A stretch of DNA of 39,617 bases from a virus (lineage: Duplodnaviria; Caudoviricetes). Below the pieces are notes generated by a model. That model worked only from the letters and a program-made list of their open reading frames with translations, did no database searches and was not told where the DNA came from. Positions 33,839 to 39,617 of the stretch are shown piece by piece. A program made the translations under genes and the position numbers. The stretch is from positions 1-39,617 of IMG/VR virus record IMGVR_UViG_3300037420_002500. One strand, 5' to 3'. The stretch's first letter is position 1. Each line of letters opens with the position of its first letter.

Positions 33839-35152
33839 GTGGTATCACTCGTTATGTCGGTAATAGCGACAGGAATGGCGTTGGCCGGAAAGATGTTTAT
33901 TAAAGCGGCTATTGATATTGCCGGGGCTACGATGATCGGGGGTTCCGCTTATGGAATTTATAAGCTGAAAACGACCCCGCCCGGCATCGTTCAGGTCTTG
34001 AAGGAAAGGGGCGTATATCCTGCGGATATGCGATGGAGTCCGGTGGTAGAAGAAAAGACACCCAAAAAGGATGTCCATGTGTATAAACTGACCATTCCTA
34101 CAGGCCAATCGATTGAGAATTTCAAATCATGTATTCCGGCCATCGAAGATAAGTTCGATTGTGAAGTAAAGATGTGGGCGGAAGGCGGTTTAGCCATAAT
34201 TGAATGCCATTCTAAACCGCTTCCGAACTATGTATATTTTAATCAATCTATGATTGAAGCACTCAAGGAATATGAGTGCGCGGTATTAGTTGGGGAGAGT
34301 AGGGGCGGGCTTCGGATTCTCGACCTCACTCACCCCACTACGCCGCACATCCTTATTGGAGGGTTAACGGGCGGCGGGAAAAGCACTCTCCTTAATGTCA
34401 TGATATGCGGTTCGGCCTGTGCGTATACCCCTTGGGATTTACAATACTATTTAATCGATTTGAAGGATGGTGTTGAATTTGCCCCATATCACGACTTACC
34501 TCATGTCCAATCTACCCGCAGTAAAAGCGGTGACGAACTCCGTGTTATCGACAACTTGGATGATTGCAAGGACCTCCTTAGAAGTCTTGTATCTTCCATC
34601 GCAGATAGAAATGCAACTTTTCGAGCAGCTGGAGTCCGAAACATTAAAGAGTTTCGCGGACGCGGCGGGAATATGCCTCACATCATCGTCATCGCGGATG
34701 AAATCGGAGACTTCGCCGCCATCCAAGATACGAAAACACGTAACGATTTCTTCGCCATGTGGGGTACCCTTGCGCGTAAGGGCCGGAGCGCGGGGATACA
34801 CCTTATACTTTGCACCCAAATACCCGATGCCGAATCCGTCCCTAAACAGATCAAAGGAAACCTACCCGTTAAGATCGGCTTTAGGATGACCAAGCGTGAG
34901 AACTCCGAGACTATATTTGACTCGGATGTGGCCTGTCACATTCCACCGATTCCCGGCCGGGCGATTATTAAGATTGGGGATTACGAGAACGTCCAAGTGC
35001 CGGACCTCAAACTTCACGATATCGAAAACCAAATCCTACCGCAGTTAGAGGGATACTTCGAGATCATGAAGGAAATGGAGGAGGAACGTGCGGCGGAGGC
35101 GGAAGCGCAACAGGCGGCCGATGCTTTGGCCGGGACTCCGGCAACGGCTTAA
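33839..35152 (+). CDS. FtsK/SpoIIIE-family ATPase (start may be 33854)
   Basis: PHILIGGLTGGGKS (Walker A), IDLK, IIVIADE (Walker B), GRSAGIHLILCTQ, GRAI; hydrophobic N-terminus; no obvious gamma domain. Confidence 0.93.
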   Translation: MVSLVMSVIATGMALAGKMFIKAAIDIAGATMIGGSAYGIYKLKTTPPGIVQVLKERGVYPADMRWSPVVEEKTPKKDVHVYKLTIPTGQSIENFKSCIPAIEDKFDCEVKMWAEGGLAIIECHSKPLPNYVYFNQSMIEALKEYECAVLVGESRGGLRILDLTHPTTPHILIGGLTGGGKSTLLNVMICGSACAYTPWDLQYYLIDLKDGVEFAPYHDLPHVQSTRSKSGDELRVIDNLDDCKDLLRSLVSSIADRNATFRAAGVRNIKEFRGRGGNMPHIIVIADEIGDFAAIQDTKTRNDFFAMWGTLARKGRSAGIHLILCTQIPDAESVPKQIKGNLPVKIGFRMTKRENSETIFDSDVACHIPPIPGRAIIKIGDYENVQVPDLKLHDIENQILPQLEGYFEIMKEMEEERAAEAEAQQAADALAGTPATA

Positions 35153-35175
35153 CATCGCACTTCCTATATATAGGC

Positions 35176-35206
35176 AAAACAAAACCCTCCTTCACTTGAA
35201 GGAGGG
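35176..35206 (-). terminator. Intrinsic terminator oriented for the minus strand
   Basis: CCCTCCTTC/GAAGGAGGG perfect stem; A-run on the left gives a U-tract on the minus strand. Confidence 0.7.
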
Positions 35207-35293
35207 CAACAGGAAAATCTATAGGAGAGTTCAAGAAACAAATGGGCTTCAAGGAAAATACGGAACCTTGTACTAATACTATATACAAGTGTT
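35176..35293 (-). ncRNA. Candidate minus-strand sRNA
   Basis: Minus-strand promoter (35300-35328) and minus-oriented terminator (35176-35206) enclose about 115 nt with no credible ORF. Confidence 0.5.
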
Positions 35294-35299
35294 ATAAGA

Positions 35300-35328
35300 A
35301 GTATACCATGGAACCCAAAATTTTTGAA
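35300..35328 (-). promoter_or_regulatory. Sigma-A-type promoter with extended -10 (minus strand)
   Basis: Minus strand reads TTCAAA-N17-TATACT with TG at the extended -10 position. Confidence 0.55.
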
Positions 35329-35359
35329 CCTTCCTATTAATACAAAGGGAGGAATACTC

Positions 35360-35617
35360 ATGAATCGGACTTATGCACTTCGGAACACCGCCCGCTACTG
35401 GGAAACCGAAACGCCGGAAGTGATGGCTGTCGGTAAGACTGTGCTAAAGGTCTTTAGGAAAAACGGAAAGATTCAAGTCTACCCGAGAGTTCAAGGCTCA
35501 CCGAATGGTGTTGGCAGAGGGGCCACAATTGACCTCGAAAAGATGTCGGCCGCCGAGCGGGAGAAAGTGAAGACCTTGCTTCTGGAAACAATTACGAATT
35601 ACAAAGTTGAAAAATAA
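35360..35617 (+). CDS. Hypothetical protein
   Basis: SD GGGAGG before ATG 35360; followed by a terminator. Confidence 0.8.
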   Translation: MNRTYALRNTARYWETETPEVMAVGKTVLKVFRKNGKIQVYPRVQGSPNGVGRGATIDLEKMSAAEREKVKTLLLETITNYKVEK

Positions 35618-35652
35618 CCTCACCCTAGTTACCCCGGGTGGGGTATTCTTTT
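35618..35652 (+). terminator. Probable intrinsic terminator
   Basis: CCTCACCC / GGGTGGGG followed by TATTCTTTT. Confidence 0.6.
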
Positions 35653-35692
35653 ATCAAGGGCCGGAGGAACGGCCGGGAGGGAGGTTAAACGA

Positions 35693-35851
35693 ATGCCGAA
35701 CATAGAACCTGAGAACCCAAACATCGGGATGGATGAAGAACTCCGCAGGGATTACGGTAGTTATGGTTATAGGGAGACTCCCCCTAAAGAGTCTACCCGG
35801 CCAAACATCGGAGTAGATGAAGAAAATCGGCGGGAGAATGAGCGTAAATAA
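35693..35851 (+). CDS. 52-aa peptide with repeated PNIGxDEExRR motif (not in the ORF track)
   Basis: SD GGAGGGAGG; MPNIEPENPNIGMDEELRRDYGSYGYRETPPKESTRPNIGVDEENRRENERK*. Confidence 0.7.
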   Translation: MPNIEPENPNIGMDEELRRDYGSYGYRETPPKESTRPNIGVDEENRRENERK

Positions 35852-35895
35852 ACGTTCCTTCTTTCCATCAAAAAGCTTCACTACCGTAACCCCGC

Positions 35896-35924
35896 CCGGG
35901 TTATAATACTTATATCAGGTTAAA
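35896..35924 (+). promoter_or_regulatory. Promoter motif shared with 38426-38454
   Basis: CCGGGTTATAATACTTATATCAGGTTAAA, contains TATAAT. Confidence 0.65.
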
Positions 35925-35937
35925 GGAGGGCAGGACA

Positions 35938-36180
35938 ATGGATGAAGAAACAGTTTATTTCCGGTTGGACGTTTCAAATGGTAAAACGGCTTACTTGATG
36001 CACACTGTCATATACGACCCGAATTTTATTATCTTTGGTCAAAAAACTAAAGAATGTATCGCCTTTAGAAACCGGGCTTTACACGCCGTTCGTATGGAAG
36101 GTTATGAAGCTGAAATGGTTCAAATCAGTTACGAAGAATATATGGAAGGGGCGAACCACTTAGATGACACAAACGGTTGA
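35938..36180 (+). CDS. Hypothetical protein
   Basis: SD AAAGGAGG. Confidence 0.8.
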   Translation: MDEETVYFRLDVSNGKTAYLMHTVIYDPNFIIFGQKTKECIAFRNRALHAVRMEGYEAEMVQISYEEYMEGANHLDDTNG

Positions 36181-38005
36181 AGTTAAAAGCAATATCGGCG
36201 GCAGATTGAAGAAGATCAGAGACGGAGTGGTTTTTAATTCCGCCGACTCGGTTATTGGGGAATTGATGCAGAACGCACAACGGGCACTTGACGCGGCGGT
36301 GAAATCCGGCAAGCTGGAAAGTGCAGAAGCGGGATGTATTTCAATTACTTTCCCGGATGCCCGCCGGGATACGGTTCGGATATCAGATAACGGTACTGGG
36401 TGTGATGACCCGCAGATGGTTTTGGAACTGGACGTTTCCGGTTTCGGTATTGGCTTCGGGGAAGGCTTTAGCTCCGTATTCCTTTTGGCGGACAGAGTGA
36501 TTATCCAGTCCCATAACTGGGCGGTGGATATTGACGTTAACCGTATGATGGACGAAGCCGATTATATAGTTCCCGTTCTTAATTCAGATACTTTTTACGA
36601 TGGCTTTGGTGTTACATTGGTGGGGCCGAAGGTCGAAGATCATCACGATAAGCTTCTTAAATTTACCGAAGCTATGGGTTCCATGCTTCCTTACCCGACT
36701 TTCATCAACACCAAAGAAGTTAAGAAGAAAGACTTCTCGGACATCGGTAAGACCCCATATAAGATTACGGTAGACAACGAATTATTCTCCGGGACTTTAG
36801 GGGTAACGAATACTGGATGGCAAGACCTCCAAGTGTACTACGAGAACCGTTATGTATGCGGCATTTGGAAACCGGGCGTGATTGGAAATATCATGCTCAA
36901 GCCGGGAGCCGTTAACCTAAAGACTCCCGACCGCCGGGAGATTATTTACGATGCCAAGCGTTCTGTCCTTTCAGATAAAATTCAAGAACTCACTAAGCAG
37001 TTATACTCCGGCTTCCTAGAACATAATCAGGCTTTAGCTACCCGGGACTATGCCGAGCGTATCACGGAATATCTTGAAGTAGATGACTACATACCATTCC
37101 TCGAAATGGATGTAGAGTCATTGGAATGGACGAAACTTAAAGACGAGCAATTCCAACCGCGCGCGGACCATCAAATACTTGAGGCGGCCGGGATGGGTGA
37201 ACGTCATGAAAAACATTACTCCGGGTCTACCGAAGTATGGGGCGGGGAAAATCTCCGAATCGATGGTGGCGATCAAGCAGCTATTGGAACGGCGGACCCG
37301 CGTTACGAAAGAAGCCATAGAGAAACGGAGAAGCTTCTTAAGAAGAAACAGAAGGAGCGGCAGAAAAACCACGAAAAGTTCCTTAAGAAACTCAATGGCC
37401 TGAAAGCAAAGTTCAAGGTGGTATGGGCTTCGGCTGTAGAAGTGGATGACTTTGACCCTGTTATTACCGAATTGAAAAGCTTCGGCTTTACGGTTCTTAC
37501 CGCTAAGAACAAAATGTACGAAGCGGCCTTTAGGCATCTAGATATCCTGCACTTTAAGGATGTCGAATCCAATGTATATAAGAAATACGATTTCACCAAT
37601 ATCGGAGCGCAGAACCCTAAAGAGCAACGTGTCTTGTGGTTACTGGAACGGATAGAAGAAATGTTCCAATCGCCGGGGATGTTCCGAATCTGTGACATCA
37701 CTTGCAAGATCGAACACTACCGTAATAATCGACTGGTCGGGGCGGAGAACAAAATCGTTAAGTTCCACTACGATCAAGAGTCCGACCGTATCTACATTGA
37801 CCGCAAATCCCTTGAGCTTCCTTCTTTTAGGGTAGACAAATGGGACGATGGTAAGCTCAATATGAATGACCTCCGGCTCATGATGAAGAATCTTGAACCG
37901 CTGGCGAAGGAAGTCACGAAGTTCAAAAATAAATCTCGTGAAGTGTTGGACGGTTTTTGGGATTCTAAAGATGCCGTTCTCATGGAACTGGTGGAGTTGT
38001 TCTGA
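36164..38005 (+). CDS. GHKL (HATPase_c) ATPase, Hsp90/MORC/T4 RIIA-like
   Basis: ELMQNA (N box), ISDNGTG (G1), GIGFGEGFSS (G2). Confidence 0.85.
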   Translation: MTQTVEVKSNIGGRLKKIRDGVVFNSADSVIGELMQNAQRALDAAVKSGKLESAEAGCISITFPDARRDTVRISDNGTGCDDPQMVLELDVSGFGIGFGEGFSSVFLLADRVIIQSHNWAVDIDVNRMMDEADYIVPVLNSDTFYDGFGVTLVGPKVEDHHDKLLKFTEAMGSMLPYPTFINTKEVKKKDFSDIGKTPYKITVDNELFSGTLGVTNTGWQDLQVYYENRYVCGIWKPGVIGNIMLKPGAVNLKTPDRREIIYDAKRSVLSDKIQELTKQLYSGFLEHNQALATRDYAERITEYLEVDDYIPFLEMDVESLEWTKLKDEQFQPRADHQILEAAGMGERHEKHYSGSTEVWGGENLRIDGGDQAAIGTADPRYERSHRETEKLLKKKQKERQKNHEKFLKKLNGLKAKFKVVWASAVEVDDFDPVITELKSFGFTVLTAKNKMYEAAFRHLDILHFKDVESNVYKKYDFTNIGAQNPKEQRVLWLLERIEEMFQSPGMFRICDITCKIEHYRNNRLVGAENKIVKFHYDQESDRIYIDRKSLELPSFRVDKWDDGKLNMNDLRLMMKNLEPLAKEVTKFKNKSREVLDGFWDSKDAVLMELVELF

Positions 38006-38175
38006 TGAAAATTGGCGAATCCGTAATAGTCAAAGGAAAGAAGTTACATGAAGCAACGTTCTTCGGAATGTCGAAATCCGGGAAACGGGCGGGCGTGAAA
38101 CATAATTGCGCCGCCCCTCTCGGAGTTCATATGGTAGTTGATTATTTCAAACCTGAGAATGTGGAGAAAAAATAA
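38005..38175 (+). CDS. Small hypothetical protein, 56 aa (not in the ORF track)
   Basis: MKIGESVIVKGKKLHEATFFG...; coupled on both sides (TGATG and TAATG). Confidence 0.7.
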   Translation: MKIGESVIVKGKKLHEATFFGMSKSGKRAGVKHNCAAPLGVHMVVDYFKPENVEKK

Positions 38176-38378
38176 TGCGACCGTATCCACTGGCAGAATT
38201 ATATTACCCTGTTGTCCTGAAGCAAGAGGACTCTTTAGGAGTCATCGAAGTTGGTAACATATTAAGAGCCAAACCGAATGTTGAAGTGGTTGGTAAGTAT
38301 CGGGTTATTCAGATCATCGCCCGAGAAAATGGAAATACCGTTTGCTTAGCGGTTAATGAATCCATTTTTAATAGCTAA
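38175..38378 (+). CDS. Small hypothetical protein
   Basis: Translational coupling, SD GGAG. Confidence 0.65.
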   Translation: MRPYPLAELYYPVVLKQEDSLGVIEVGNILRAKPNVEVVGKYRVIQIIARENGNTVCLAVNESIFNS

Positions 38379-38408
38379 ACAAAGTTTCCCGGCCCACTAT
38401 CTACAGGG

Positions 38409-38454
38409 TTTACTCGATACCCGGGCCGGGTTATACTACATATAACAGGTCAAA
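38409..38454 (+). promoter_or_regulatory. Sigma-A-type promoter containing the shared motif
   Basis: TTTACT-N17-TATACT within CCGGGTTATACTACATATAACAGGTCAAA. Confidence 0.7.
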
Positions 38455-38492
38455 CCCAACCGGGCGGCCTACATAAAAAGGAGAGTGTTCAA

Positions 38493-39617
38493 ATGAGTAA
38501 CGTTATTATTGGAAGATTTGGCGGAAATACTGCCGAAGGCGTACTTAATCAGGCCATCGCAGTAGCAAACACAGCGGGTATTCGGATTGGAGCCGATAAG
38601 CCTAAAGGCCCTAGCTTGGGCGACATCTTTAACGAAGTTCTTAAGGATTCAGAGAATAAGAAAGACCACATCTTTGACCCATACGAAGTGAAAATGGGCG
38701 GGAACGGCCGCATATATCTTCCCGGCATGGATACCCAGAACTCCCTCGGTTTTGAAATGAATGACTGGTCTTTAGGTCAACTGGCCTCCCGTACTGCAAT
38801 CCCGGTTAGATACCTTCGCAACTGTCCGCCGGAGCTTCAAGCGGTCAACGTTAACTACTGGCTCCGCAATATGACGGACGAGAGTACTTCGGACTGGATG
38901 TTCCGGGTTCGTCAGATCGACACCAACGATATCCGTAAGGGTGGATTAGTTCGCGGCATCATGACGGAAAAGTACTCCCCATTCGATGACCACGAAATCT
39001 TAGAGATCATTAACAAGATTATAGGCATTAAAGACGGTTCGTATACGGTCAACTGGTTCTACCGTGACGAAACGGGCTTCCACTTGCGTCTTACCTTCGA
39101 GGATTTGACCACGGCTATCGGCGTAAACAAGTACGGCCAGCCGGACATCCATAAGATCGGTCTACACATCACGAACTCCGAAGTCGGTAAACGGTCCATC
39201 CGTATTACGCCTATGGTATGGCGGCTCGTATGCACCAATGGCCTTATGGGATGGCGGCAAGAAGATATGTTCCAACAGCGTCATGTCGGACTCCGGCCGC
39301 AGGAAATGTACAGCCGGGTAGCGGAAGCAATCGGCGGCGGACTCAAGCTTGGTAAGCAAATGATGGATACGTTGATTGCTTCTAAAGAGTTTGAAATCCC
39401 AGACCCATTCGCAACCATTGACGAAATCGCTAAATCCCTCAAGTACAGCGAAGCCCTTACCGAGAAGATGAAAGAATCCTTTATGGAGGATGCGTCCAAT
39501 ACGGTATTCGGTATCGTTCAATCCATGACCCGCTCGGCTCAATTCTTCGATGCAGACCGCCGGGTAGAAATCGAAGAAGACGCAAGCAAGTATCTCCGCA
39601 AGATGATTACGGCCTAA
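38493..39617 (+). CDS. DUF932/DUF945-family phage/plasmid protein
   Basis: Y.PFDD, ITNSEVG, RLVCTNG, QRH.G motifs. Confidence 0.85.
   Translation: MSNVIIGRFGGNTAEGVLNQAIAVANTAGIRIGADKPKGPSLGDIFNEVLKDSENKKDHIFDPYEVKMGGNGRIYLPGMDTQNSLGFEMNDWSLGQLASRTAIPVRYLRNCPPELQAVNVNYWLRNMTDESTSDWMFRVRQIDTNDIRKGGLVRGIMTEKYSPFDDHEILEIINKIIGIKDGSYTVNWFYRDETGFHLRLTFEDLTTAIGVNKYGQPDIHKIGLHITNSEVGKRSIRITPMVWRLVCTNGLMGWRQEDMFQQRHVGLRPQEMYSRVAEAIGGGLKLGKQMMDTLIASKEFEIPDPFATIDEIAKSLKYSEALTEKMKESFMEDASNTVFGIVQSMTRSAQFFDADRRVEIEEDASKYLRKMITA

Larger units (their letters stand above)
1..39617 (+). mobile_element. Segment of a myovirus-type phage/prophage of a spore-forming Bacillota host
   Basis: Co-oriented neck, sheath, tube, tape measure, baseplate, fibre and holin/endolysin genes, followed by small phage-type accessory genes. 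Strong Firmicute SD sequences (GGAGG). No host housekeeping operon seen. Confidence 0.93.

Noticed and set aside
33839-35152. Conjugative coupling protein of an ICE or type VII secretion EssC
   Set aside because: Single ATPase domain with no relaxase, VirB4 or WXG100 genes nearby.
35164-35361. 65-aa minus-strand ORF as a type I toxin
   Set aside because: It starts upstream of the minus-strand promoter, lacks an SD and runs through the terminator.
35696-35825. Repeated CCAAACATCGG...GATGAAGAA as a mini-CRISPR array
   Set aside because: Only two degenerate copies, in frame within a 52-aa ORF; no cas genes.
1-39617. tRNA, rRNA, integrase, transposase or intron
   Set aside because: No cloverleaf/T-loop signatures or catalytic motifs seen by eye.

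Overview
This window is a segment of a contractile-tailed (myovirus-type) phage or prophage of an endospore-forming Bacillota host. Paenibacillus/Brevibacillus-like is an inference from protein style and promoter types. Essentially all genes are on the + strand. 1-21.6 kb holds neck/tail-completion genes and a tail operon whose gene set and order resemble extracellular contractile injection systems (eCIS): sheath, T4 gp19-type tube, a chaperone with a -1 frameshift into an unlisted DUF6760-like ORF, a 1282-aa tape measure, CIS tube initiator, LysM protein, a split gpD/gp27 hub, spike, gp25, baseplate J and I, and fibres. 21.6-29.0 kb holds a subtilisin, an NlpC/P60 peptidase, holin-GH73 endolysin-holin and a second fibre/adhesin module. 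29.0-39.6 kb is an accessory/early region with a structured leader, an orphan queD, small genes, a GHKL ATPase and a DUF932 protein. The most interesting part is a 31.2-35.2 kb island that appears wired to the host sporulation programme. Two sigma-K-consensus promoters sit upstream of a SpoIIIAC-like membrane protein plus an FtsK/SpoIIIE-type ATPase, and a sigma-F-consensus promoter sits upstream of an operon ending in an alpha/beta SASP. Several candidate structured RNAs are interspersed. The DNA is also visibly enriched in CTTTAG/CTAAAG and CCGG. All family assignments come from motif recognition by eye, not from database searches.
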